DNA of 64,000 bases, from IMG/VR virus record IMGVR_UViG_3300028920_000040, positions 32,001 through 96,000 of that record, one strand, 5' to 3'. The notes beneath the pieces were generated by a model. That model saw only the letters and a program-made list of their open reading frames with translations. It was not told where the DNA came from and made no database searches. Origin of the DNA: a virus. Of the stretch, positions 30,077 to 40,299 are shown one piece after another. The translations under genes were made by a program, and so were the position numbers. Each line of letters starts with the position of its first letter. The stretch's first letter is position 1.

Positions 30077-30804
30077 TAAGAATTCTTACCACTTTTTATA
30101 ATTCAGAATTATATTTTCCAAAAACGGTTATTAGTTTAAGAAATCAAACTATTAAAGATTGGAAATGTTATGTTACAGACGATATGTCTTCAAGAAGAGC
30201 CAGAACATTTTTAGAATCTACTGTTGGATGGGATGATAAATTTGAAATTATTTATAATGATAAAAAAATGTGGCAGTCTGGAAATTATTGGCAAGTTTTA
30301 CAGAAAGAAGAAATAGATGATAATGATATTTGTATAACACTTGATGGCGACGATTGGTTTCCGGACAATAAAGTTCTTGAAAGAGTGTTGAAGTATTATG
30401 AAGATAATAATACTTGGATGACATTTGGACAGTTTCTTTATTATGATAAGGGCGGAAAAACAAGAATGGGATTTTCTAGAAAACCAAATCTGTTTTCAGA
30501 AGCACGTAGACTTCCTTGGACATCTACTCATCTTAGAACATTTAAAGCTTTTCTATATAGAAAAGTTGATAAAAAAGATTTGATTGATCCATCGACAGGA
30601 TGTTTTTGGCAAATGGCAGGAGATGTTGTAACATTTAGTCCGATGCTAGAAATGGCTGGTGAAGACAGAGTTAAATATTATAACGATATTAATTATGTAT
30701 ATAATGTTGAGACAGATATGAATGAGTTTAAAACTGATCTTGGACTGTCTACTAGAATAACTAGAGACATTGCAAATATGAAAAAATATGAAAGGATTGA
30801 ATAA
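30073..30804 (+). CDS. glycosyltransferase family 2
   Basis: TTFYN..SLRNQT..VTDDMS..LDGDDW. ATG at 30073 follows an AGGAG. Confidence 0.8.
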   Translation: MIRILTTFYNSELYFPKTVISLRNQTIKDWKCYVTDDMSSRRARTFLESTVGWDDKFEIIYNDKKMWQSGNYWQVLQKEEIDDNDICITLDGDDWFPDNKVLERVLKYYEDNNTWMTFGQFLYYDKGGKTRMGFSRKPNLFSEARRLPWTSTHLRTFKAFLYRKVDKKDLIDPSTGCFWQMAGDVVTFSPMLEMAGEDRVKYYNDINYVYNVETDMNEFKTDLGLSTRITRDIANMKKYERIE

Positions 30805-30846
30805 TGATTGATAGTTTAATTTTTTCAAAGAAGGAAAGAAAATAAT

Positions 30847-31650
30847 ATGATTAGGGATGAAATATTTGATATAAGAATTTCAGATAACAATTGTGAAGTT
30901 GTTTATGTCAATAGAATTATTGATAATATAATTAGTTTGAGTGATTTAAATAAGTTAAAAGAATATAAATTCATTGTTACAGATTGTTTAACGGAGATTG
31001 ATAAAAATTCAGAAAAAATAATTGTTATATTGACTGGAGATGAACATTATAGAAATCCTAATTATTTAAATCGTGTCCATTCTGTGTTTAAAAATTATGT
31101 ATATAACGAACAAGATAATTTATTTGCTATTCCATTAGGATATAATAAATATCAATTAGATATACCACACAAACCAATTTCTGAAAGAAAAATAGATGTG
31201 TTTTTTTCTGGACAAGTTAAAATATTTAATAGATACGATTTAATGAATACATTTAGTAATCCATCTACATTACAATGCTATAATAATTTTATCAATAGGA
31301 CAAATGGTTTTCGTCAAGGATTATCTCCTAAAGATTATTCAAATACAATGATGAACTCAAAAATAGCATTATGTCCAGATGGTAATATAAGTTCAGAAAC
31401 TTTTAGATTTTTTGAAGCAATGAGATATGGTTGTGTGGTAGTGACAACTAAAAAGCCAAAAAATTATATTTACGAAAATATGCCAGCTATAGTAATTGAT
31501 AATTGGGAAAGTAGTGTTGAAATAATAAAAGATTTGCTTCAAGATGAAGATAGAATGTTAAATTTAAGTAATAAGTCTTTACGATATTGGAATGATATTT
31601 GTTCTGAGAAATCTGTAGCTAAATTTATACTATCAAAAATTAAATTTTGA
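30847..31650 (+). CDS. exostosin-like (GT47-type) glycosyltransferase
   Basis: DVFFSG..MMNSKIALCPDG..TFRFFEAMRYGCVVV. Confidence 0.7.
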   Translation: MIRDEIFDIRISDNNCEVVYVNRIIDNIISLSDLNKLKEYKFIVTDCLTEIDKNSEKIIVILTGDEHYRNPNYLNRVHSVFKNYVYNEQDNLFAIPLGYNKYQLDIPHKPISERKIDVFFSGQVKIFNRYDLMNTFSNPSTLQCYNNFINRTNGFRQGLSPKDYSNTMMNSKIALCPDGNISSETFRFFEAMRYGCVVVTTKKPKNYIYENMPAIVIDNWESSVEIIKDLLQDEDRMLNLSNKSLRYWNDICSEKSVAKFILSKIKF

Positions 31651-31659
31651 GGAGCTTCT

Positions 31660-32475
31660 ATGAAAATCGATTGTTTAATTTTTTCCAAAGACAGAGCTTG
31701 TCAATTAGATTTATTATTAAGAAGCATTAAGGATAATTTTGAAGAAATACATCCTATCATTTTGTTTAAACAAACGAATGAAAATTACAAGCTTGGATAT
31801 GAGAAAGTCAATTCTTATCATTCTGGTTATGAATGGATTGAAGAAGAATCTTTTGTTCCTGATTTAAGAAAAATTGTTTCTACATTTAGAAATCAATTTT
31901 TTTTGGTCTTAGTTGATGATGAAATTGTAATAAGAGATTATCCTATTAAGAATGCTATGTATGCATTAGAATTAAATAACGATCTTCATTGTGTTTCATT
32001 AAGAATGAATCCGTCGATTCATTATACATATACTGCAGACCTTGCTTCTCCACCACCAACATTTTTCGATGATTATAGATTTGATGATCTTTTATTTTGG
32101 AACTGGGAAAATTACGATGGAAGGACAGACTGGGGATATCCATCGTGTATAAATTCTCACATATACAGAAAAGAATTTATTATTCCTATGATACAAAATC
32201 TTCCTTTTAATAATGTTAATAGACTTGAAGGATTATTAAATCTTCAAAGAAGCAGTTTTAAAAAACAAATGGCTTGTTTCAATAAATCAAAAACTATTAA
32301 TATAGCAAATAATCTTATACAAACGGGAACAAATCGACACAGTAATAATCCAGAATATTCAGTAGAAAATCTTAATCGAAAATTTTTAGAAGGAAATAGA
32401 ATATCGACAGAAAATTTTTATAATTATGATAATAATTTAGCAACACTAGAAAGGGATTATATATGGTTGAAATAG
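31660..32475 (+). CDS. glycosyltransferase (GT-A fold)
   Basis: IFSKDRACQLDLLLRS, LVDDE, WGYP motifs; cluster context. Confidence 0.65.
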   Translation: MKIDCLIFSKDRACQLDLLLRSIKDNFEEIHPIILFKQTNENYKLGYEKVNSYHSGYEWIEEESFVPDLRKIVSTFRNQFFLVLVDDEIVIRDYPIKNAMYALELNNDLHCVSLRMNPSIHYTYTADLASPPPTFFDDYRFDDLLFWNWENYDGRTDWGYPSCINSHIYRKEFIIPMIQNLPFNNVNRLEGLLNLQRSSFKKQMACFNKSKTINIANNLIQTGTNRHSNNPEYSVENLNRKFLEGNRISTENFYNYDNNLATLERDYIWLK

Positions 32476-33296
32476 GTTTGATTGATAAAACTTTTATAAT
32501 GTGTGGTCCTTCTTGTGGAACTGGCCAGACAGGAATGGCTCCAAAACATATTAAATGGTATACTGGTGAAGACTATAGAAATATTACTGTATTAACTGAT
32601 ATGTGTCTTAATCAAGCTGATACTTGTTATAGTCGAATTAAAATCGCGTGGATAATAGAACCAAGAGCAATTGCTCCTTATGTATATAATGCAATTGAAA
32701 ATCCTGCACTATATAATAAATTTGATTTTGTAATGACACATGATAAGGAACTTCTTAATATTGATAATAATAAATTTCATTTTTGTCCTCTTGTTGGTCA
32801 TTGGATAATAGATGATGATAATAAAATTCATAAGAAGACAAAAAATATTTCTATGATTGCTTCAGGAAAGAAACAAACAATAGGACAAAAATTAAGGCAT
32901 TCTATAGTCGAATCTTGTAGAGACAATATAGATGGATTGTATGGTAAAGGATATCAGGCCGTTGATAATAAAATAGAAGGATTAAAAGATTATAGATTCC
33001 ATATAGTTGCTGAAAACGACAAGAAAGATTTTTGGTTTACTGAAAAAATTATAGATTGTTTTGCAACTGGTACAGTTCCTATATATTGGGGATGTCCGAG
33101 TATTGGTGCATTTTTTAATCCTGATGGAATATTATCATTTGATACGATAGACGAACTTAAAGAAATTTTAAAAACAACTGGAGAAGAACTTTATAGTAAT
33201 ATGCTTCCTGCTATAAAACAAAACTTCGAATTATCTAAAAAGTATTTTTATCCAGAAGATTTTATGTATAATGCATTAATCAAGGATTTTGTATAA
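32463..33296 (+). CDS. GT10-like (fucosyl/colitosyl) transferase
   Basis: YRFHIVAEN..WFTEKIIDCFATGTVPIYWG resembles the alpha-1,3-fucosyltransferase motif. Confidence 0.7.
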   Translation: MVEIGLIDKTFIMCGPSCGTGQTGMAPKHIKWYTGEDYRNITVLTDMCLNQADTCYSRIKIAWIIEPRAIAPYVYNAIENPALYNKFDFVMTHDKELLNIDNNKFHFCPLVGHWIIDDDNKIHKKTKNISMIASGKKQTIGQKLRHSIVESCRDNIDGLYGKGYQAVDNKIEGLKDYRFHIVAENDKKDFWFTEKIIDCFATGTVPIYWGCPSIGAFFNPDGILSFDTIDELKEILKTTGEELYSNMLPAIKQNFELSKKYFYPEDFMYNALIKDFV

Positions 33297-34333
33297 TGAT
33301 GGAAGTTGTAATTAATCGTTCTGGTTCTGAGTTACGCATACCGGAAATACAGAAAGTAATTCCGTGGGATGGAAAAAAATACATGCTTCATTCTGAATTT
33401 GTCAGAAGATATAGAGGATATTTAGAAGTAGTCGATGTTAAAGTAAAAGAAAAAGAAGAATTATTAAAACAAGCAGAAAAAGAATTGAAGATTGAGATTA
33501 ATAACTTTAATGCTGAAAAAACGAAGCTCGCCGACCGTGATTTTCTTCATGAATTGGTTGAACAACATTCTCCAAATAGAAGATGTTGTTTTTTATATTC
33601 TTTTGATTTTAAAGAAAAAGAAATAGACAATGCTATAAAAAGACTCAATATATCTATAAAATCAATAATCGATCAGAATGTTGATGTTTGTATTTGCAAT
33701 ACATCTAAGATTGATATTAAAAAATCTATAACTAATATTAATAAAATAAGGTATTTGTATTATCCTTTAAAACAAGAAAATTATTGTAAACCAAAAACGA
33801 TTAATATAGGCGTTAGAAAATTAGTAAATTCTGAATATTTCTTTTTATCAGATATCGACTTAATATATCCACCATCATTTGTTAAAAATATGTTATCATA
33901 TACGTTATATAAAGAACCAGTTAGAATTATATTTTTTAATTATAATCTTGGCAAATGTATAGATTATAAAAATTTTAAAACATATAAGAAACTTTTAGAA
34001 AGAGTTAAAGATTCACAAAGAACTACTATTGGTATAGCTCCTGGCAATGGTCTTGTTCATTTAAAATCGTTTCATAAAATAGGTGGATTTGATGAAAGAT
34101 ATATAGGATATGGTCCTGAAGATGCAGATTTTAATTTAAGAATATCAATTATCAATAAATATGTAGAAGTTAATTATGATAAAGTTAATACATATCATTT
34201 GTATCATCCTATTAATATAAACCAAGAATATAATAATAAAAATATAGAATTATATAATAAAGTATGTTCTAAAATAAAAAAATATAATAAAAAAGTTCCA
34301 TTAAAATGGACGGTTTCTGGAAATATTAAATAG
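33296..34333 (+). CDS. glycosyltransferase, GT2/GT7-C type
   Basis: FLSDIDLI; GGFDERYIGYGPEDADF; YHLYH. Confidence 0.75.
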   Translation: MMEVVINRSGSELRIPEIQKVIPWDGKKYMLHSEFVRRYRGYLEVVDVKVKEKEELLKQAEKELKIEINNFNAEKTKLADRDFLHELVEQHSPNRRCCFLYSFDFKEKEIDNAIKRLNISIKSIIDQNVDVCICNTSKIDIKKSITNINKIRYLYYPLKQENYCKPKTINIGVRKLVNSEYFFLSDIDLIYPPSFVKNMLSYTLYKEPVRIIFFNYNLGKCIDYKNFKTYKKLLERVKDSQRTTIGIAPGNGLVHLKSFHKIGGFDERYIGYGPEDADFNLRISIINKYVEVNYDKVNTYHLYHPININQEYNNKNIELYNKVCSKIKKYNKKVPLKWTVSGNIK

Positions 34334-34343
34334 GAGACAAATA

Positions 34344-34910
34344 ATGAATTTAGAAATGGAAAAGAAACGCTTATCATATTCTTTGTCAGAAGATAGTATT
34401 GTTATGGATGTTGGTGGATATGAAGGAAAATGGACATCTGATATATTTTCAAAATATAAATGTTTTGTGTATGTATTTGAACCGGTTCAATCTTTTTATA
34501 ATAATATAGTTAAAAAATTTAATGGAAAAGATAAAATAAAATTATTTAATTACGCTCTTTCTAATAAAAACGGCAACACTAAAATGTGTGTGAATAAAGA
34601 TCGTTCAAGTATGTTTGTTGGAAAACTTAATAGTGAAATTAATATGAGGGATATATCAGAAGTAATCGAAGAATTGAATTTAAATACGATAGACCTTATT
34701 AAAATAAACATTGAAGGAGCAGAATATGATTTGTTAGATCATATCATAGAGAAGAATATATTAACAAAATTTAAAAATATACAAGTTCAATTTCATAATT
34801 TTTATCCAAATGCTAAAGAAAGACGAGACACAATAAGAAAATTTCTTAATGAAACTCATGAGATATCTTTTGATTATCCATTTATTTGGGAAAGCTGGAA
34901 ATTAAAATAA
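34344..34910 (+). CDS. FkbM-family methyltransferase
   Basis: MDVGGYEG, FEPV, IDLIKINIEGAEY, QVQFH. Confidence 0.85.
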   Translation: MNLEMEKKRLSYSLSEDSIVMDVGGYEGKWTSDIFSKYKCFVYVFEPVQSFYNNIVKKFNGKDKIKLFNYALSNKNGNTKMCVNKDRSSMFVGKLNSEINMRDISEVIEELNLNTIDLIKINIEGAEYDLLDHIIEKNILTKFKNIQVQFHNFYPNAKERRDTIRKFLNETHEISFDYPFIWESWKLK

Positions 34911-35560
34911 TGAAAAAATTATATCTTTTATCTTATCCGAAAAGTGGTAGTAACTGGTTGACATATTGTATTGAAAATATTTTTAAAACAAATGTTGTAG
35001 GTGCTACAAAAGAGTATACTGTATTTGGACATTCTCATAATATTAATTTTATAGATGATCTTGTTGTATGTAAAGGCCATGGTCATATGAAGAATGAGTG
35101 GATAGAATACGATGGATTAATTTTTTTGATTAGGGATTATAAAAATAGTGTAGTTCCATTTAGTAATTTCAATATGAGTCTCGTCTTGAGCTGTTTATCG
35201 GGAGTAAGAAAAAATATTCCTGATTATATACACGGATTAAAATATTTTGATTCGTTTAATAAACCAAAAGTAATGATAATATACGAGCAATTAATAAAAT
35301 CTCCTGAAACAGAATTAAATAAAATATCAACATTTTTTTCAAATTTTAATATAGACACAAGTAATATTCAGAATTTTATTGATAATATTGAAAACCATAA
35401 AATAAATTCTATGAAAAAATATCGACCTGGTAAACGTAAGAATAATAAATCGTGTTCAGAAAATCAATTAGAAAAAATTAGAACATATCTTAAAAAGAAT
35501 TTTTTATCGATATATGAAAAGTATTTGTTAGTGTATGATGATAAAAATACAGATAGATAG
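34910..35560 (+). CDS. sulfotransferase-domain protein 1
   Basis: LSYPKSGSNWL (5'-PSB loop), IRDYK, YEQL. ATG at 34910 overlaps the upstream TAA. Confidence 0.7.
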   Translation: MKKLYLLSYPKSGSNWLTYCIENIFKTNVVGATKEYTVFGHSHNINFIDDLVVCKGHGHMKNEWIEYDGLIFLIRDYKNSVVPFSNFNMSLVLSCLSGVRKNIPDYIHGLKYFDSFNKPKVMIIYEQLIKSPETELNKISTFFSNFNIDTSNIQNFIDNIENHKINSMKKYRPGKRKNNKSCSENQLEKIRTYLKKNFLSIYEKYLLVYDDKNTDR

Positions 35561-35562
35561 TA

Positions 35563-36234
35563 ATGAAAAATTTAAATCAAAAATGTAGACTGGTAGCACA
35601 TCCTCGGTGTGGCGGCCATTGGGTAAATTGCCTTATTAATCTCTATATACACAAAATTGATTTTAAAGATTATATCCATAATGGAAAAAATAATGTGTGT
35701 ATTCATACGCACGATGCAAAACTTTTGGAGAAGTATAAGAATATAATTTATTTATATAGAAACCCTGTGGATAAGATTTATTCTACATGTTGTTTCTATG
35801 TTAAGAATCCAGAATATACTTATGGATTTCAAAAGAGGTATTATGTTGATGATATCTTTGATAAAGGAACCATTATCAAACACATTAATTTTTATATTGA
35901 TAATATAAATAAATGGATTTTTCAAGATAATTTTACTGATAAAAAGACTGTAATATCATATGATTTATTGGTAAATAATTTTGATTCAGAATTTTTAAAG
36001 ATATTAAATCATTTTGAGAAACAATTTGATGCAGATAATATTGTAAGAATAAAAGAAATATCAAAATTAGATATTAAGAAAAAAGATAATCAAAAAAGAA
36101 TTATTAATACATCTAGTAATTATAATGATAATAAAAAAATTTTTAGAAATAAAATGACATCATTTATTTGGGAAAATATAAAAAATAAGAACGAGAACGT
36201 TTTTAAATTTTTGCAGGGAGAAATTTTATTATGA
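35563..36234 (+). CDS. sulfotransferase-domain protein 2
   Basis: AHPRCGGHW, IHTH, YLYRNPVDKIYS (3'-PB motif), SYDLL. Confidence 0.7.
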   Translation: MKNLNQKCRLVAHPRCGGHWVNCLINLYIHKIDFKDYIHNGKNNVCIHTHDAKLLEKYKNIIYLYRNPVDKIYSTCCFYVKNPEYTYGFQKRYYVDDIFDKGTIIKHINFYIDNINKWIFQDNFTDKKTVISYDLLVNNFDSEFLKILNHFEKQFDADNIVRIKEISKLDIKKKDNQKRIINTSSNYNDNKKIFRNKMTSFIWENIKNKNENVFKFLQGEILL

Positions 36235-36268
36235 ATTGTTTAATTTATTTTGTTAAGAAGGAGTGTAT

Positions 36269-37081
36269 ATGAAAAATTGCATAATGTATACTGTTAAGAA
36301 TACACCAACATATTTTTCAATGTTGCAGAGAAGTTTATCATTGTTTAAAAATAACTTGAATCCTTGGATTGATAATCCTGATTTGATTATGATTCCTGAC
36401 CCAGGCGCTGAACAAACTATTGAAAATATTGTTAGAAGTCTTGGACTAACTAATAAACTTATATTTAGAAAATTTCCAAATGTTATTCCTGAATATCCTG
36501 AAGAAATTAGAAACAAAATTGAGAGTGTTTTGAATGACCCTACGATTCATGGTTCTGAAAAGCCAGGTTATAAACATATGTGTAGATACTGGGCCGGTTT
36601 AGTATTTAAAGAAGATATCATTCAAGAATATGATTATTTCCTAAGATTAGACCCAGACTCATATATTATGTCGCCTGTTGAATATAATATATTTGAAGCA
36701 GTTAAGAATGAAAATAAAACATGTGCATACATAAAAGGAAGTAAGAAAATGGATAATCCTAAGATGGCATTGGGATTAAACGCAGAATTATTGAGGTTTG
36801 AAAATTCGTATGAAGGGAAAATAGTGGAATCAATAAATACAATCCCTGAAGGTTTATATTTTAATACTAATTTTGAAATTTGTAATATTAAAACTTTTGT
36901 CAATTCAGATTACTTGAAAGTGTTTGACCATGTTGACAAAAGTGGGGGGATATACATACATAGATGGGGAGATCATATCATACGAACTGCAATAGTGACG
37001 ATGCTTTTTGGTCAATCTGCAAGGAAAGAATTTGAAAATATTCATTATATGCATAATATTGAACATGTGGGGGCAAAATGA
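36269..37081 (+). CDS. GT15 (Kre2/Ktr-like) alpha-1,2-mannosyltransferase-like protein
   Basis: GYKHMCRY, YDYFLRLDPD, FNTNFEI and SGGIYIHRWGD are GT15 signatures. Confidence 0.8.
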   Translation: MKNCIMYTVKNTPTYFSMLQRSLSLFKNNLNPWIDNPDLIMIPDPGAEQTIENIVRSLGLTNKLIFRKFPNVIPEYPEEIRNKIESVLNDPTIHGSEKPGYKHMCRYWAGLVFKEDIIQEYDYFLRLDPDSYIMSPVEYNIFEAVKNENKTCAYIKGSKKMDNPKMALGLNAELLRFENSYEGKIVESINTIPEGLYFNTNFEICNIKTFVNSDYLKVFDHVDKSGGIYIHRWGDHIIRTAIVTMLFGQSARKEFENIHYMHNIEHVGAK

Positions 37082-37995
37082 AAGTTTATGTAACAGGCCA
37101 TGACGGTTTTGTAGGTACTCATCTTTGCAGAAAATTAAAAGAATTAAATTATGATATTATAACTGCTTCAATCGACGAATTAGATTTGAAGAATCAACCA
37201 GCAACATCAGAATTTTTTAATCTACATAAGCCAGATATGGTTTTCCATTGCGCTGCAATTGTTGGTGGTATTGGAGCTAATATAAAATACCCATATAAAT
37301 TCCTTTATGATAATCTTCAAATTCAAAATAATGTTATTAATTCTTGTTTAAATCATAACGTGAAAAAAGTTTTATTTTTAGGTTCGTCATGTATATATCC
37401 AAAAGATTATCGCCAGCCTTTGGTTGAAGAAGATTTATTACAGGCCGATCTTGAACCAACAAACGAAGGATATGCTTTAGCGAAGATAGCAGGATTAAAA
37501 CTATGTGAATATGCCAATAGAACTCAAGACACAACTAAATTTATTTGTCTTATGCCTTCTAATCTTTATGGGCCTGGTGATAATTTTAATTTAGAAACTG
37601 CTCATGTAATTCCAAGTCTAATTAAAAAAATATCTGATGCTAAAAAAATAGGAAATGAAACTGTTGGTATTTGGGGAAGTGGTAATACACTAAGAGAATT
37701 TTTATTCGTCAAAGATGTTGTTGATGGAATGGTATGGGCTATTACCAACTTAGAAAAGACAGAAACATTTTTGAACATTGGAACTGGTATAGATACAAGT
37801 ATTAAAGAAATAATATATATGATTGCTGATGCTGTTGGATACGAAGGAGAATTTATTTTTGATACAACTAAGCCTGATGGCATGATGCGAAGATGCCTAG
37901 ATGTTAGTAAGATAAATAAATTGGGATGGAAATATAAAACGTCATTGAAAGAAGGAATTAAAAAAACAATCGAATGGTATTATGAAAATTATTGA
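37078..37995 (+). CDS. fcl: GDP-L-fucose synthase / GDP-colitose synthase (Fcl/ColC)
   Basis: VTGHDGFVG, AAIVGGI, FLGSSCIYPK, YALAK, PSNLYGPGDNF, KPDG. Confidence 0.9.
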   Translation: MKVYVTGHDGFVGTHLCRKLKELNYDIITASIDELDLKNQPATSEFFNLHKPDMVFHCAAIVGGIGANIKYPYKFLYDNLQIQNNVINSCLNHNVKKVLFLGSSCIYPKDYRQPLVEEDLLQADLEPTNEGYALAKIAGLKLCEYANRTQDTTKFICLMPSNLYGPGDNFNLETAHVIPSLIKKISDAKKIGNETVGIWGSGNTLREFLFVKDVVDGMVWAITNLEKTETFLNIGTGIDTSIKEIIYMIADAVGYEGEFIFDTTKPDGMMRRCLDVSKINKLGWKYKTSLKEGIKKTIEWYYENY

Positions 37996-38620
37996 AAGTA
38001 TTATAGGATATCCTAGAAGTGGAAATCATTGGTTATGTTATTGTATTAGTTGTATATCTAATTGTAAAATAGGCCAAGAAAGTTATGCTCATGGAAATAC
38101 AATACAATATTGGAATAAATTTAATGATCAAAATAATTTTGTTTTTATTTTTAGAAACTATAAGGAATCCATTGTTAGACACTTAAGAGAAAATATTAGT
38201 ATTGATAATATTATCGAACAATTATCAGGAATATCAGCAAAAGAAATTAATAAAGATAAAACGGACTATATTGCATTGCTTAAAATGTATGATGAATATC
38301 CGCCTGATAAAAAATTTTTAATTTTTTATGAAGACTTAATTAAAAATCCTGAAAAAGAACTTAAAAGATTTTTAGAATTTACAGGAGAAGATTTATCAAG
38401 AGCCGATGAGTTTATTAAAAAAATAGATTATCATAAACGACAATCATTAATGTATTATAAAAATAATGTTCAATCGCCAATTACTAATGGAAATAAAAAT
38501 AATCTTATTTTTCATTCTTTAAAATTAAATAAACAAGACAGAATATGTATAGATAATTATTTGAAAGAAAAATTTCCAATTTTATTTGAAAAATATTTAA
38601 CCAGATATAGTGAGAATTAA
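37982..38620 (+). CDS. sulfotransferase-domain protein 3
   Basis: GYPRSGNHWL, FRNYKES, YEDL; paralogue of the 34910 ORF. Confidence 0.7.
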   Translation: MKIIESIIGYPRSGNHWLCYCISCISNCKIGQESYAHGNTIQYWNKFNDQNNFVFIFRNYKESIVRHLRENISIDNIIEQLSGISAKEINKDKTDYIALLKMYDEYPPDKKFLIFYEDLIKNPEKELKRFLEFTGEDLSRADEFIKKIDYHKRQSLMYYKNNVQSPITNGNKNNLIFHSLKLNKQDRICIDNYLKEKFPILFEKYLTRYSEN

Positions 38621-38621
38621 C

Positions 38622-39779
38622 ATGATACCTCTAGTTCGCGACACAATCAATAATGAAGACATTGACAAACTTATTGAATGGTTGAAGACATATCCTAAAC
38701 TTACCAAAGGAAAATTGACAACTGATTTTGAAGATATGTGGAGCCGTTTCCAAAAACGAAAATATTCTACATATGTTAATTCAGGATCATCAGCAAACCT
38801 TGCTATGGTCTATGCCTTCAAATTAAGCAAAAGAAACATTAATAAGAATAAAAGAATTGTTGTTCCTACTTTGTCGTGGGTAACTACAGTATCTCCTGTA
38901 ATTCAACTTGGATATGATCCCATCCTATGTGAAGTAGACAAACAGACTCTTGGTCTTGATCCAGACTATTTTGAAATGTTGTGTGAAAAGTATAAACCTG
39001 AAGCGGCCATAGTTACACACATACTTGGTATTCCTTGCAACATGAAAAGAATTATGGAAACTGCTGAAAAGTATGATGTAGTAGTTCTTGAAGATTCTTG
39101 TGAGGCAGTCGGTTCGACAAGTAACGGTACCATGACAGGAAACTTTGGTTTGATGAGTACTTTCTCATATTACTTCGGTCACCATATGTCAACAATAGAA
39201 GGCGGAATGGTTTGTACTGATGATAAAGAAATGGACGATCTTTTAAAGATGATCAGAAGTCATGGATGGTCCCGTGATCTTGACGATGAGAAAAAAGAAG
39301 AGTTAAGTTTGAAATATAAGATATCAGAATTTAATGATATGTTTACTTTTTATGTTCCGTCTTTTAATTTAAGAGCCACCGATCTTCAGGCATTTATTGG
39401 AATAAAACAGATTCCAAGACTCTATGAAAACTGCGAAAAAAGATATCAAAATTTTAAACAGTATCAATTACAAATTGAAAATGATTATTGGAAACTTCCT
39501 TATCAATATGATATGGTTTCTAATTTTGCATATCCAATCATTCATCCAAAAAGAAATGATATAGTTAAAAGACTAAAAGAAAATGATATTGAAGTTCGTC
39601 CTTTGGTTTGTGGATCGATTGCGAGACAACCATTTTATAGAGACCTGTACGGACTGGCAGACCTTAAGTTTGGAGACGAGGTTCATTTACATGGATGCTA
39701 TGTACCAAATAATCCTGAATTGACCAAAGAAGAAATAAATAAAATTTGTTCGATCATAAATATGGAGATTAAAAAATGA
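38622..39779 (+). CDS. DegT/DnrJ-family PLP enzyme, His-type (ColD-like GDP-4-keto-6-deoxymannose 3-dehydratase)
   Basis: VNSGSSANL, LEDSCEA and FSYYFGHHMSTIEGG, with His where DegT aminotransferases have the Schiff-base Lys. Confidence 0.75.
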   Translation: MIPLVRDTINNEDIDKLIEWLKTYPKLTKGKLTTDFEDMWSRFQKRKYSTYVNSGSSANLAMVYAFKLSKRNINKNKRIVVPTLSWVTTVSPVIQLGYDPILCEVDKQTLGLDPDYFEMLCEKYKPEAAIVTHILGIPCNMKRIMETAEKYDVVVLEDSCEAVGSTSNGTMTGNFGLMSTFSYYFGHHMSTIEGGMVCTDDKEMDDLLKMIRSHGWSRDLDDEKKEELSLKYKISEFNDMFTFYVPSFNLRATDLQAFIGIKQIPRLYENCEKRYQNFKQYQLQIENDYWKLPYQYDMVSNFAYPIIHPKRNDIVKRLKENDIEVRPLVCGSIARQPFYRDLYGLADLKFGDEVHLHGCYVPNNPELTKEEINKICSIINMEIKK

Positions 39780-40264
39780 TTCCACAAGACTTATATAATA
39801 AATTTCTTGATAATATGGTTCTTGCTTGTGTTGATTGTTGTGTAGTGCATGATGATAAAATGTTGCTTGTTAAAAGAAAATCAGAACCAGCGAGTGGATT
39901 ATGGTGGTTTCCAGGCGGTAGAATAATAAAAGGAGAACCTATTAAAGAAGCTTCATTAAGAAAAGTTAAGGAAGAAACTGGAATAGATTCTGAGTTTGTT
40001 AAAATATTAGGTGTAGAAGAAACTATGTTTGAAAAAGGACCTCACGGAGGAGATATTCATAGTATTAATGTTGTAAGCATTTTAAATGCAAAAAATACTG
40101 AAGTTATTCTTGATAATTATAGTTCTGAATATCAATGGGTAAAAGGAATTTATGAATACGATCATATTCATTCTTATGTATCTAAATTCATGGAACTAGC
40201 TGGATTTCAACACAAAAGAAAATTTGGACAGATTACAGACCCCACTGATCATGTATATCTATAA
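39776..40264 (+). CDS. gmm: Nudix hydrolase, GDP-mannose mannosyl hydrolase-like
   Basis: KRKSEPASGLWWFPGGRIIKGE..RKVKEETG; GDP-sugar cluster context. Confidence 0.7.
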   Translation: MIPQDLYNKFLDNMVLACVDCCVVHDDKMLLVKRKSEPASGLWWFPGGRIIKGEPIKEASLRKVKEETGIDSEFVKILGVEETMFEKGPHGGDIHSINVVSILNAKNTEVILDNYSSEYQWVKGIYEYDHIHSYVSKFMELAGFQHKRKFGQITDPTDHVYL

Positions 40265-40290
40265 ATACTCCTAGAAACCCATTCTAGGAG
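40260..40290 (+). promoter_or_regulatory. late promoter TATAAATA plus RBS-sequestering hairpin
   Basis: TATAAATA at 40260-40267. Perfect 9-bp inverted repeat CTCCTAGAA (40268-76) / TTCTAGGAG (40282-90) covers the AGGAG Shine-Dalgarno. Confidence 0.75.
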
Positions 40291-40299
40291 GAAAATTAC

